Part shown: positions 41,341 through 52,128 of the stretch, piece after piece
Position numbering within the stretch: the stretch's first letter is position 1
How the letters are laid out: each line of letters starts with the position of its first letter
Assembly (NCBI GenBank): GCA_963816355.1
Contig: CAWFKH010000003.1
Location: forward strand, 640,001-704,000
Source: an uncultured Gemmatimonadales bacterium
GTDB lineage: Bacteria > Gemmatimonadota > Gemmatimonadetes > Longimicrobiales > RSA9
Reading direction: 5' to 3'
DNA length: 64,000 bases
Program-made: the position numbers and the translations under genes
Notes under the pieces: generated by a model
The model's database searches: none
What the model saw: only the letters and a program-made list of their open reading frames with translations
Told to the model about the DNA's origin: nothing

Positions 41341-43215
41341 ATGCTTGAGATCCTCCATTCGACGGCCACGGTTGCTGTGGTTGGCGGAGTGCTGGGCGTG
41401 GCGTTCTGCGTCGGCGATGAGCTCTTGTCCAGATGGGTGACCGTGGAGGACGCGAGAGAGCGGTTGGTGTTCTCGACGTGCCTCGGCTCGGGCGTTCTCG
41501 CCGGTTGCCTTCTGCTTCTTGGCTTGGCGGGGTTGCTCCACGGTGCGACAGTCGGTGGGTTGTTCGTCGTCGCGCTGGCGGCTTCCCGGTCGAGGGTCCG
41601 GCATCTTGCACCGCTCCTGTCACGGGCGATTCAGGAATTGACGGCGCGCAGGAACGCCGCCTCGGCGGTCTGTCTTTCGCTCACGGTTGCCGTTCTGCTC
41701 TATCTCCTCGTCACCGGTCTGCTTCCTCCTTTCGACTGGGATTCCCTGGCGTATCACCTGGCTGTCCCCAAGTACTTCCTCGCGCATTACCGCGTTCAGC
41801 TTCCACCCGCGAATCTCCACGCCGCGTTCATCGGCGTGGTGCAGATGCTCTACCTGCCGTTCCTGGCCCTGAACCTCGAGGCGGGTCCGGGCCTGCTGAA
41901 CGCCGGTTTCGCTGTCCTCCTGGGGCTGGCGGTTCACGCGGCGGCGGAGCGCTTCTTCGGCGGGGGCGCCGCGGATTTCGCCCTATGTGGCCTCTGGGCC
42001 AGCACGGTCATCATCCTCGTCGCCCCGACTCCCCGCATGAATGTGACCCTGGCCCTGTTCGTGTTCTCGGCGCAACTGGCGATGCTCCACGCCATCGCCG
42101 GACCGCGGTTCGAAGTCCGCTGGCTGCTGCTTGCGGCCGCGCTCGTCGGGTTGTCCTTCGGCGTCAAGTACCATGGTGGGCTGTATGGGGCCAGCCTGTT
42201 GCCGCTCCTCTTCGCGCAGCCACGTCGGCTGGTCCGGGAGCGCGCGCAGCTGGGCTGGGCGATTCTAGTCGCAGGGGCATTCGCCGCCCCGTGGCTGCTC
42301 AAGAACCTGCTCCTGTTCCATGCGCCGCTCTATCCCTTCGTGTCGCGGCCGATCCTTCCGCCGTGGTTCGCACGCCTCAACGGAAGCTCCACTGCCGAAG
42401 CAGTCCCCATGCACGCCTTCCGGGTGTTGAGGCAGATTCGACATCCGCTCAACGTTCGCGATTTCTTTCTTTCTCCTGGAAAGCTGGTCCCGGAGTTGGA
42501 AGGCCGGCTCTACTTCGCTAACCCGCTGTTTCTCGCGCTGCCCATATTCGCCGCATTGCTGAGCTGGAAGAAGGTGCTGCTCTTCGTTGCTCCTCCCGCC
42601 ATCTATATCGCGGGGTTGCTGCTGGTCTCCCGCTACACGAATACGCGCTACCTGGTCCCCGCCTTCCCGAGTTTGACCTGCCTGGCTGCCGCCGGGGGGC
42701 ATGCCCTCCTCTCGCGCGTTCGTCCCGCTGGACTCAAGCATGCATTGATCGCTGCGGCCGCTTTCGCGCTCCTCGTTCCCACCATGGTGGCCGCCACGCT
42801 CCTCGTCCAGGCTCAACGCCCTTTCGGGGTGATCGCCGGCACCGAGTCTCGCTTGCACTACGCAGAACGCCAGCTTCCAGGCTATTTCCGTGCTCGTGAT
42901 TTCGTGAACAAACAGATCGGTCCGCGGGACAGCGTGCTCATGCTCTTCGAGGCCCGGTCGTATTACCTCGGCGATCCGTACATTCCGGATGTGGTGCTTC
43001 TGAACTGGCCGCGCGTATACGCAATCACTAAAGGATCGTGCCTGCCACGCGGCCTCAACACATATCTGCTTGTGAATTCCGGCATTGTCAACTACTACGT
43101 CAACCGCGGAATGCAAATGGGAGATCTCGGGTGGGGACGCTTCAAAGAGTTTTCAGCCGACTGTCTAAACAAGGTGTCATCCATTGACGGATATGACCTA
43201 TACAAGACGCGATGA
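41341..43215 (+). CDS. GT-C-like membrane protein, family D copy 1 (start uncertain, 41167-41341)
   Basis: WDSLAYHLAVPK, GVKY, PWLLKN..APLYPF, NTRYLVPAFP, LMLFEARSYY. Confidence 0.75.
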   Translation: MLEILHSTATVAVVGGVLGVAFCVGDELLSRWVTVEDARERLVFSTCLGSGVLAGCLLLLGLAGLLHGATVGGLFVVALAASRSRVRHLAPLLSRAIQELTARRNAASAVCLSLTVAVLLYLLVTGLLPPFDWDSLAYHLAVPKYFLAHYRVQLPPANLHAAFIGVVQMLYLPFLALNLEAGPGLLNAGFAVLLGLAVHAAAERFFGGGAADFALCGLWASTVIILVAPTPRMNVTLALFVFSAQLAMLHAIAGPRFEVRWLLLAAALVGLSFGVKYHGGLYGASLLPLLFAQPRRLVRERAQLGWAILVAGAFAAPWLLKNLLLFHAPLYPFVSRPILPPWFARLNGSSTAEAVPMHAFRVLRQIRHPLNVRDFFLSPGKLVPELEGRLYFANPLFLALPIFAALLSWKKVLLFVAPPAIYIAGLLLVSRYTNTRYLVPAFPSLTCLAAAGGHALLSRVRPAGLKHALIAAAAFALLVPTMVAATLLVQAQRPFGVIAGTESRLHYAERQLPGYFRARDFVNKQIGPRDSVLMLFEARSYYLGDPYIPDVVLLNWPRVYAITKGSCLPRGLNTYLLVNSGIVNYYVNRGMQMGDLGWGRFKEFSADCLNKVSSIDGYDLYKTR

Positions 43216-43281
43216 CGCACCGTTTGCCCGCCACGTTGCGGGAGCGCAAAGCGCGTTTGTCGGGACTCGGCACCGGATCAG

Positions 43282-44911
43282 TTGATGCGGATGCACTCTC
43301 AAGCCAGTAGGCGTTCGGCCGGGTCGCGCTCGGGCGAGCGTGAGCGCCTCGGTTGCGTTGGGGTTGGGACACTCTCAAGCCGGGCGGCACTGCTGATGCT
43401 TGGCGCGCTCGGGCTGGTGGCGATCCTTGCCTCTTTCGGGATCGCGAGGACTGTTTGGAACCGTGACGTGGCGCTGACCGTCTATTATGCGGGACAGATG
43501 ATAGATGGAAGCCGCCTGTACAGGGACATCCTAGAAATAGACCCACCATTCGTATTTTGGGCCGGAGTACCGGTCGTCTGGGCGGCGCGGATTGTCGGGA
43601 TGGCGCCCATATACCTATATCAAGCGGCTGTGGCGCTCGCCGCCGTGTTTGTGCTCTACTTGCTTTGGCAGGAATTGGCTTGGATTCCGGCTCCCGGACG
43701 GGCGTGGATAATCGTCGCGGCGGCGGCCGCCGTGGCACTCGTCCCTCAGTTCGACTTTGGACAGCGCGACCATCTGTTTATCGTTCTCTTCCTGCCATAT
43801 GTCGGTGGGGCGGCGGCCAGGGCTCGAGACAGGGTCAGCCGACACCCGATCGCATGCGGCGTGACGGCGGGAATGGGGCTGGCGTTGAAGCCCCACTTCA
43901 TCTTGGCCTTGATAGCCGCGGAAGGATACGTTGCGTTCCGACAGCGCCGATTCCGCGTGGATAAGGCCTCGGCGTCAGCCGCGGTGGCGGTGGCGGTCTT
44001 GTGGGCGGCAGTGTTGCTGTTCGCGCCTGCGTGGTTTTCGCTTGCGAGCACGGTGGCACCGCTGTACCTGTCGTCGCAGGAGCTCGCGGTGCTCCTGTGG
44101 CGACCTGGTACCGGATTGATCTTCGCGGCTGCGGTCTTGGCCGTGCTTTCACCGCCGGCGCCGGCGTGGAGGGAATTGAGGGAATCAATGGCCGTCGCGA
44201 CTCTTGCCGGCATGGCGATCGGTTTGTCCCAACAGAAGAGCTGGCCCTACCACTTCCTTCCCGCGACGATACCGGCAACGATCCTACTCGCGCTGGCGGG
44301 CGTTGATGTCCTGCTTCGGCGTGTTACGCCTGTTCGACGTTTCGTTGGAATCGGGATCGCCGGTCTGATCGGCATGGGTGTTGTGATTGTTGGCGGATCA
44401 CGCGTCACGCGCTGGGTGCGGGGAGAGCAGGTCGAGCGTGCTTTCTACACGCGGCTCTCCCGCGACATACGGCCGGGCGAGCGTGTCGCATTCCTCACGG
44501 TCGGGCTTCACAACGCCTTCCCGTTGATCGAGTACGCCGGCGCCGACTGGGCGCTGCCCACGCCGTCCCTGTGGTGGGTGGAGTATCTCTACGGGCATGG
44601 AGAGCAGGGCTTTCGCAGCCCTGCCGAGATGTCGAACGGCGAGCGATTCCTCGCATCGGCGGTCGCCGATTCGAATGGCGGTGGCTCCGCCGGACGTCAT
44701 CATTGTCAATGCAGGTCGACCGGCATGGAGCATGTCCGGCGCCTTCGACTTCGTGGGCTACCTTTCTCAATTTGACGGACTGCGAAGCGTTTTCGCGGAC
44801 TACGGTCGCGTGGACACATACAGGAGCTGCGTTATCCTGCGTCGCGGCGAACCTGATCGCATCGGGATGACCGCATCGAATGCCCTGCCGTGCGCCGCAC
44901 GGTTCTTCTGA
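43282..44911 (+). CDS. GT-C-like membrane protein, family C copy 2 (frameshift near 44670; start may be 43396)
   Basis: NRD...LYRDILEIDPP, FGQRDHL, LKPHF, QQKSWPYH; C-terminus PPDVIIV...FDFVGY lies in the 44597-44911 frame. Confidence 0.72.
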
Positions 44912-44969
44912 TCTGGCTCCCCCGCGCCCTACACGATCGGAGAAGCGGCAGCCCGCACCGTCGCGCCGA

Positions 44970-46894
44970 TCACTTGTGTCCGTTGGCCGGTTGGCGTGCG
45001 GACCGCAACGCGAAGAGAATCATCGAGCCGTCACCTGCGACCGGCCGCAGGCATCTCCGTTCGAAAGACGCCAGCTCGTCGAGCCGGAGGACGTCCGCCG
45101 GCACGCCCCGCTCGAGGAACCATCGTGCGGCGCGTTCGTTCACCAGAACGTGGGTGAAGGCGCCCGGGCGCGGGCATGACCCCGGCGCGGAGCCCGCGCG
45201 CCAGCCGGGGCCAGTTGGACGCGAAGTCGTCCGGGATGACGGGGGTGTCGAAGTAGAAGGAGCGGGCCTCGAAGAGGAAGAGGATGCGGTCGCCGGGCGC
45301 GAGGAGGCGGTTGGCGTCCTCGGTGACGTCGCCGAGCGAGGGCAGCTCGCGCCTGAGGTAGTCGGCGCTGGAGAGCAGGCCCGCGTCGTTGCGGAGCTGG
45401 TCGCCGCGCGAGAGCATGGCGACGGCCGCGAAGGCGGCGAAGCCGAGCGACGCGGTCGCCGCGAGGGCCAGGGCGGCTCGCCGGGCGCGGCCCGCGCGCG
45501 CGGCGAGCCGGGTCGCGCCCCACGCGGCGGCGAGGGTGAGCGGCGGCACGGCGGGAATGAAATAGCGGAGGTTGGTGGAGGGCTCGATCGCCACGACGCA
45601 GCGCGGCGTAGGCGAGCGCGGGAAGCGCGAGCCACGCCACCGTGGCGCGGCGGAAGACGAGGCAGAGCGGCAGCGCGAGCAGGATCGGGTTGGGACCGTA
45701 GAGAAGCCCTTCGGCCTCCAGCGACAGCGAGCCCGGGTCGAGCGCCCACCGCAGCGGATGGAAGGGCGGCGTCGCGGCGGACAGGATGTGGAGCGCCCCG
45801 AGCCCGTTCGCGGCGGCTTCCCGGGCTCCGGCGGCGCTCAGCCAGGCGTCCGTCGCGGGTCGCGCGAGGAACGGGTAGAGCGGCGCGCCGAACAGCGATC
45901 GCGTTCTTCACCAGCGGCCCGGCGGCGAGCGCGGCCGCGGCGAGGGCGAAAGCGACGAACGGGCGCGCGAGCGGACGCCGGCGCGCCCTCTCCCGCGGTG
46001 CGCCGCCGCGCCAGCGCGACGACGGCGAGCGGCGCGAGGCAGGCCAGGTAGGCGAGCGCGTGGTACTTGATGGCGACGGCGAAGCCGGCGAACGCGCCGG
46101 CGAGCGCCGCGGCTCCCGTTCCGTCTGCCGCTCCCTCCCGCATCATCAGCAGCAGGTGGATGCACAGCAGCAGGTACAGGGAGAGGGTGACGTCGATGCG
46201 CGGCGTCGCGCCGACCAGGACGATCGGCATGCTTCCCCACAGCGTGGCCATCGCGAAGCTCGCCGTGCCGCGGTCGAGGAAGCGGAGCGCGAGCGCGGCG
46301 GCGGCGAGGGCGAGGACCGCGGTGAAGCCGACGCTCAGGATCGCGGGGCCGGCCGCGCTGCCGGCGGCGAGGAAGGGGAGGTAGAGCGCGTGGAGCGAAC
46401 CGACGAAGGCGCGCTCCGGGTTCGCGGAGGCGGCGAGCAGGCTTCCGCTGCGCAGCGCGTCGCGCGGGACCGCCAGGTGGTACATCAGCGTGTCCCAGTC
46501 GGTGGGCGGCGGGAGCGCGTTGATCGTCATGAAGCCGAGCGCCGCGGCGGCCACCGCGAGCGCGGCGGGGTGCAGGCGGCGCCCCACGTCCAGGACCGCG
46601 CCCTTCAAGGTGCGCGACCCGGCGCGCAGCCACGGCGCGGCGAGCGGCGAACGCGGCGAGCGTCGCCACGTCCACCACGGCGGGTCGGGTGCCGAACGCT
46701 AGGAAGGCGAGGAAGAGCGACGTCGCCACTGCGGCGGCGCCGGCGGCGAGCGTGAGCGCGGCGCGCTCGGCGTCGCCGTCGTAATCGATGCGTACGGCGC
46801 GCAGCAGCGGCGTGCCCGCGGCGGCGAAGAGGAGCAGCGCGCCCGCGGCGGCCGCGAGGTCGAGCGCGTGGTGGAGGAGCAGCGTCGCTTGCAT
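44970..46894 (-). CDS. GT-C-like membrane protein, family D copy 2, inverted (several frameshifts)
   Basis: WDTLMYHLAVPR, AIKY, NLRYFIPAVP, LFLFEARSFY, HVLVN distributed over minus-strand frames and colinear with copy 1. Confidence 0.72.
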
Positions 46895-47100
46895 CGGTGT
46901 CGCGCGGAAGTCTGGGCGGCGGCGATCGCCGGCGGAACCCGGCAGCGCCGTGCCCCGTGCGCGCCGCAAGGTACGCGGACATCTTCGCCCCGCGGCCGCT
47001 GGACAGCAAGGGACGCGGCGTCGGCGCCGTTGACGCGCCGGCGCGCCGCGGCCACACTGTAGCGACCTCCCCGGTCCACCGCACCCTCGACATGTCCGCA

Positions 47101-48633
47101 ATGCGATCGCGCAACCCGTGGATCGAGCCCGCGCGGCTCGCGCTCCTCGCGCTCGGCCTCCTGGCGGGGCTGTGCGTGGCGTGGGCGCTGCTGTCGCCGC
47201 CGAACCACGACGTGGCGTGGACCGTCTACGCGGGGGAGCGCGTGCTGCGCGGAGACCGGCTCTACGTGGACGTGTTGGAGGTGAACCCGCCGCTGATCGT
47301 GTGGTACGCGGCGCTCGCGGCGGCGCTCGGCCGACTGCTGCCGGGCCTGGGCGCGCTGCACGCCTACACGCTGCTCACCTGCCTCGTCGTCCTGGCGGCG
47401 CTCGCCGCGGCGCGGCGCACGCTGCCGGAGCGCGACCGCACGTGGCTCACCGCGGTGCTGCTGCCGGCGCTGATCCTCCTGCCCGCCTTCCACTTCGGGC
47501 AGCGCGAGCAGCTCGTCGCGGCGGCGCTGCTGCCGTACCTGGCGGCGGTGTGGGCGCGCGCGGACGGACGCGACGTGCGGCGGGGCGACGCGATCCTCGC
47601 CGGCGCGCTCGCCGCCTTCGGCCTCGCCCTCAAGCCGTTCTTCCTGCTCGTGCCGCTCCTGCTCGAGGCGTGGCTGGCGCGCCGGCGCGGGGTGCGGATC
47701 TGGAGGCGGCCGGAGGCGGCGGCGGCGGTCGTCGGCCTCGTCGCCTACGCGGTGTCGGTCCCGCTCCTCACGCCCGCGTACCTGGGGCTGGCCCCGCTGC
47801 TGGCGCTCTACCGCGGCTTCGTCGCGCCGCCGCTGTGGCTCATCGCGAGGCGGCCGGGCACGCTGATCGCCCTCGCGGGCGTCGGCGCGGCGATGCTTCC
47901 GGGAGGGTCGCGCGAGCTGCGGCCGCTGCGCACGGTGTGGGCGCTGGCGATCGCCGGCTCGCTCGCCGCCGTCTTCGTCCAGGGGAAAGGCTTCGAGTAC
48001 CACTTCATCCCGGCGATCGCCTTCTCGCTCGCCAGCCTGGCGACGGCGCTCGTCGCCCTCGCGCGCGTCGAGGCGGTGCGGCGCGTCACCGTCGCGGCGG
48101 TCGTCGCCGCGGCGCTCGCGCTGGCGTTGGCGCGCCTCCCCGCCGCCGTGACGCAGTGGCGGGACATGGCGCTCGCGCCCTTCTACATGCCGCAGCTCGC
48201 GGCGCTGCTGCGCGCCCTGCCGCCGGGGCCGGTCTACGCGCTCACGGCGGACGGCCACATCGCGTGGCCGCTCGTCGCCTACACGGGCCGCGCGTGGTCC
48301 GGCGCGATGCCGTGGCAGTGGCCGCTGTGGTCGCTCTACGGCGACGCCCGCTGCTGGACGCCGTGCCGGCCGTTCCCCTACCACGCGGCGCCCGGCGAGG
48401 CGGAGCGGCTGGTGCTCGACGACGCGGAGCGCGCGCTGCGGCGTCGCCCGCCGGTGCTGCTGATCGTGACGACCGAGCCGCCCACCGGGATGGCCGGCTT
48501 CGACTACCTCGAGTACTTCTCGCGGCGGCCCGCCTTTGCCCGCGCCCTGCGCGCTTACCGGCGCATCGGCACGCTCCCCGGCTACGACCTGTACGTGCCC
48601 CGCGGCGTCACGCCCGCGGTGGGGACGCCGTGA
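47101..48633 (+). CDS. GT-C-like membrane protein, family C copy 3
   Basis: NHD...LYVDVLEVNPPL, FGQREQL, LKPFF, QGKGFEYH. Confidence 0.75.
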   Translation: MRSRNPWIEPARLALLALGLLAGLCVAWALLSPPNHDVAWTVYAGERVLRGDRLYVDVLEVNPPLIVWYAALAAALGRLLPGLGALHAYTLLTCLVVLAALAAARRTLPERDRTWLTAVLLPALILLPAFHFGQREQLVAAALLPYLAAVWARADGRDVRRGDAILAGALAAFGLALKPFFLLVPLLLEAWLARRRGVRIWRRPEAAAAVVGLVAYAVSVPLLTPAYLGLAPLLALYRGFVAPPLWLIARRPGTLIALAGVGAAMLPGGSRELRPLRTVWALAIAGSLAAVFVQGKGFEYHFIPAIAFSLASLATALVALARVEAVRRVTVAAVVAAALALALARLPAAVTQWRDMALAPFYMPQLAALLRALPPGPVYALTADGHIAWPLVAYTGRAWSGAMPWQWPLWSLYGDARCWTPCRPFPYHAAPGEAERLVLDDAERALRRRPPVLLIVTTEPPTGMAGFDYLEYFSRRPAFARALRAYRRIGTLPGYDLYVPRGVTPAVGTP

Positions 48634-48646
48634 GGACGCCGTGAGG

Positions 48647-50428
48647 ATGGCCACGCCGCCGGCCGCGGCGCCGGACCAGCGCACGCGCCGCGGCGCGACG
48701 CCGGCCCTCGAGGCGCTCGCGGTCGCGCTGCTCGTCGCGCTCGCGTACGCCCTCCTGCTGCCGCCGCTGCGCGCCGCGGGGGCCTACGGCGACGACGCGG
48801 TCTACCTCGCCCTCGGCCGCGCGCTCGCCCGCGGCGCCGGCTACCGCTCCACGTGGCTGCCCGGCGCGCCGGTGCACGTCCAGTACCCGCCCGGGCTGCC
48901 GGCGCTGCTCGCGCCGCTGTGGGCGCTCGGCGGGCGCGCCTCCGCCGTCACCGCCGCGGTCCGCGCGCTCGACGTGCTCGCGGTCGCCGCGGTGGGGGGG
49001 CTGCTGTGGGACTACGGCCGGCGCCGGCTGCGCCTCTCCGCGTGGACGCTCGCGCCGCTCGCGCTCGGGCCGCTCTTCCTCGATTCGTCGCTGCAGTACT
49101 TCGGCCTCGCGCTCGCGGAGCCGTGGTTCATGCTGGCGTGGGCCGGCGCGCTGACGCTGGCGGATCGGGGCGACGACGCCGGCGCCGCGAACGGGGCGGG
49201 GAAGCGGCGCCCGCTCGCCGCCGCCGCGCTCCTCGGCGCCGCCGCGCTCTTCCGCGCGCAGGCGGTCGCGCTCGTGCCGGCGCTCGCGCTCGCCGTGTGG
49301 CTGCGGCGGCGCGACGTTCGCCTCGCCGCGCTGTCGCTGGCGGCGGGCCTCGCCGTCCCGGTCGCGTGGGCGGCCGTGCACGCCGCGCTGCGCGCGCTCG
49401 CCGGCGGCGCGGCCGGCGGCGCCCAGCTCTCCTACCTGCAGGACCTCGCCGCGCGCGGCGGCGCGCTCGGGCCGCTCTCGAACGTCCTCTTCAACGCGCG
49501 CGGCTACCTGCTGCTCTTCTCGCTCTACGCCGCGCCGTGGCTCGCCGCGGGCGCGCTGATCGTGCTCGGCTTCACCGCGCTCGCGCTGCTCGGCGCCGCC
49601 CGCCTGTGGCGCGCCCACCCCGCGCTCGTCCTCACGGTCGGCGCCGACGCCGCCGTCGTCCTCCTGTGGCCGTACAACATCGACCGCCTCGTCGTGAGCG
49701 CGCTGCCGTTCGCGGGGCTGCTCGCCGCCGCCGCCCTGGCGACGCGGCCGCACCGCGCGCTCGCCGCGCCGGCCGCGCCGGCACGCGCACCCCTGCGCGC
49801 GCTCGTCGCGCTCGCGCTCCTCGCCGGCGTCGCCCTCTGCGCGGCACGGCAGGTCGCGCTGCGCCGCGACGGCGCGCGCCGCGTCGCCGAGGGTCGCGAC
49901 CCCGCGTTCTGGAGCCCGAGCTGGGAGGTGCCGTTCTTCGACCGCTACGTCCGCCTCGCCGTGCCGTGGGTGCGGGCGGAGACCGCGCCCGGCGCGCGCG
50001 TCCTCGCCGCGTGGCCGGTCGCGCTCTGGCTCTACACCGGCCGCGACGTCCGCGACACCGAAGGCGCCGCCGGCGCGGCCGCGGACTCTGCGGCGCACGC
50101 CGGCGCGGACGGCGGCGCGACTGCCGGCGCCGGCGCACTTGCCGCCGGCATGGCGCGCCAGATCGAGGCGGACGCCGCCGCCGCCGTGGTCGTGGCGCAC
50201 CCCGGCCACCGCGGCGCGCGGGGGATGGCGGCGCTGGCGGCGTCGTGCCCCGGCGAGGTGCGGGTGGCGCGGCGGGCGCGCGGCGGAGGCGGCTACCCGA
50301 TCCTCTACCGCATCGGGGGCCGTGCCCACGGCGTCGGCGGCGCGGGCGGCGGCGCGGGCGGCGGCGGCGCGTGCCTGCGGCGCGTCGCGGGCGGCGGCGG
50401 AAGCGGCGGCGGGGAGGGGGAGCGTTGA
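48647..50428 (+). CDS. GT-C-like membrane glycosyltransferase, family B copy 3
   Basis: GAYGDDAVYLALG, YPPGLP, LAEPW, FRAQA. Confidence 0.75.
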   Translation: MATPPAAAPDQRTRRGATPALEALAVALLVALAYALLLPPLRAAGAYGDDAVYLALGRALARGAGYRSTWLPGAPVHVQYPPGLPALLAPLWALGGRASAVTAAVRALDVLAVAAVGGLLWDYGRRRLRLSAWTLAPLALGPLFLDSSLQYFGLALAEPWFMLAWAGALTLADRGDDAGAANGAGKRRPLAAAALLGAAALFRAQAVALVPALALAVWLRRRDVRLAALSLAAGLAVPVAWAAVHAALRALAGGAAGGAQLSYLQDLAARGGALGPLSNVLFNARGYLLLFSLYAAPWLAAGALIVLGFTALALLGAARLWRAHPALVLTVGADAAVVLLWPYNIDRLVVSALPFAGLLAAAALATRPHRALAAPAAPARAPLRALVALALLAGVALCAARQVALRRDGARRVAEGRDPAFWSPSWEVPFFDRYVRLAVPWVRAETAPGARVLAAWPVALWLYTGRDVRDTEGAAGAAADSAAHAGADGGATAGAGALAAGMARQIEADAAAAVVVAHPGHRGARGMAALAASCPGEVRVARRARGGGGYPILYRIGGRAHGVGGAGGGAGGGGACLRRVAGGGGSGGGEGER

Positions 50429-52128
50429 GGGGGCGGCGCTCCGGGCTCTGGCTCGCGGCGGCGCTGGCGCTCGCCGTGCTCGCCGCGGGCGTGATCGTGG
50501 GCGCGATGCGGCACGAGTCGACGACGTTCGACGAGATCGTGCTGGTGGCGGCGGGGGCGCGCGGCTACCACACGGGGCGCTTCGACCTGGTGGTGGAGCA
50601 GGGGCCGCTGATGCAGTACCTGTACGGGCTGCCGGCGTACCTGTCGCACCCGCGCTATCCGCCGGAGGCGGGGCGGCGGTGGGGGATCCGCGACCGCTAC
50701 CGCTACGCGCGCGCCTTCTTCTTCTCCGGCGGCAACGACCCGCAGCGCCTCGCGTTCCTGGCGCGGCTCGTCGCCGCCGCGCTCGCCGCGGCGCTCGTGC
50801 TCAGCGTCTTCCTGATCGCGCGCGCCCGCTTCGGGCCGGCCGCCGCGCTGCTCGCCGCGTTCCTCACCGCGCTGACGCCGGACGTGCTGGCGCACGGCGG
50901 CATCGCGTGGAACGACCTGCCTTCGGCGCTCGCGCTGCTGTGGGCGGTGTGGCTGCTCGACGGGCTCGTGCGGCGGCCGGGCGTCGCGCGCGGCGCGCTC
51001 GCGGGCGTCGTCTGCGGCCTTGCCCTGGCGGTGAAGTTCAGCGCCGTCGCGCTCGCGCCGATCGCGCTGCTGCTCGCCCTGCTCGAGGGCGTGCGACGCG
51101 GCGCGGACCGCGCCTGGCTGCGCTCGCTGCTGCTGGCGTTCGACGTCGCCGCCGCCGCCGCCTACGTCGCGCTCGTCGTCCTCTACCGCTGGGATCCGAC
51201 GCTGCTCGGCTTCCGCACCGGGCTCCTCTTCCAGCTCCTGCACGCCGCCGGCGGGCCGCAGGCGCCGATGTCGTTCCTCGGCCGCGTCAGCCTGCACGGC
51301 TGGTGGTACTTCTTCCCGGTCGCGTTCCTGCTCAAGACGCCGGTCGCGCTGCACCTCCTGCTCGCGCTCGCCGCCGTCATGCTCGCCGCGGGCGCGCTCG
51401 CCGCCGGGGCGCCCCCGCTGCGCGAGCGGCTCGGCTCGCCGCTGCGCGCGCCGCTCGTCGCGGTCGCCGTGCTCGGCCTCTTCCTCGTCCGCTCCGACCT
51501 CGACATCGGCTTCCGCTACGCGCTGCCGCTGCTGCCGTTCCTGATGATCGTGGTCGCCGCCGGCGTGCGCCGCGCGTGGCGCGCCGGCGCGCGCTGGACG
51601 CGTGCGGCGATCGGCGTCGCGTGCCTCTGGCTCGCCGCCTCGACCCTCTCCTTCTATCCGCACTTCCTCGCCTACACCAGCGAGTACGTGCCGCGCGACG
51701 CGGCCGGCGGCCCCATCGTCGACTCCAGCGTCGACTGGGGGCAGGGCCTCCTCGAGCTGCGCCGCTTCATGCGCGACGAGCGCCTCGGCCGCGTCTACCT
51801 CGGCTACTTCGGCTCCGCTCCGCCCACCGGCTACGGCATCGACTTCCTGCCGATCGCCGACCTCGCCGACGACGCCGCGCCGGACCGCGACGACCCCGCC
51901 TACGCCGTGATCTCCAAGACGTACCTCGCCGGCGCCTACCTCTCCGGCGACCCCTTCGCCCCGCTCCGCGACCTGCCGCCCTACCGCGTGCTCGGCCACA
52001 CCCTCTTCGTCTACCGCGCCGCCGACGTGCGCCGCGCCCTCGCCGCCGAGCGCGCCGAGCCGGCCGGCAGCGGCGCTCCCGGCGCGCGCTTCTCGACGCG
52101 CATCGCCGTCCGCGGCGCCGCCGAGTGA
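50425..52128 (+). CDS. ArnT/PMT-like lipid-carrier-dependent glycosyltransferase, family E copy 1
   Basis: STTFDE, PDVLAHGG...D, VKFSA, WYFFPVAFLLKTP, IGFRYALP, DSSVDWGQGL; TTG start overlaps the upstream stop. Confidence 0.8.
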   Translation: MRGRRSGLWLAAALALAVLAAGVIVGAMRHESTTFDEIVLVAAGARGYHTGRFDLVVEQGPLMQYLYGLPAYLSHPRYPPEAGRRWGIRDRYRYARAFFFSGGNDPQRLAFLARLVAAALAAALVLSVFLIARARFGPAAALLAAFLTALTPDVLAHGGIAWNDLPSALALLWAVWLLDGLVRRPGVARGALAGVVCGLALAVKFSAVALAPIALLLALLEGVRRGADRAWLRSLLLAFDVAAAAAYVALVVLYRWDPTLLGFRTGLLFQLLHAAGGPQAPMSFLGRVSLHGWWYFFPVAFLLKTPVALHLLLALAAVMLAAGALAAGAPPLRERLGSPLRAPLVAVAVLGLFLVRSDLDIGFRYALPLLPFLMIVVAAGVRRAWRAGARWTRAAIGVACLWLAASTLSFYPHFLAYTSEYVPRDAAGGPIVDSSVDWGQGLLELRRFMRDERLGRVYLGYFGSAPPTGYGIDFLPIADLADDAAPDRDDPAYAVISKTYLAGAYLSGDPFAPLRDLPPYRVLGHTLFVYRAADVRRALAAERAEPAGSGAPGARFSTRIAVRGAAE

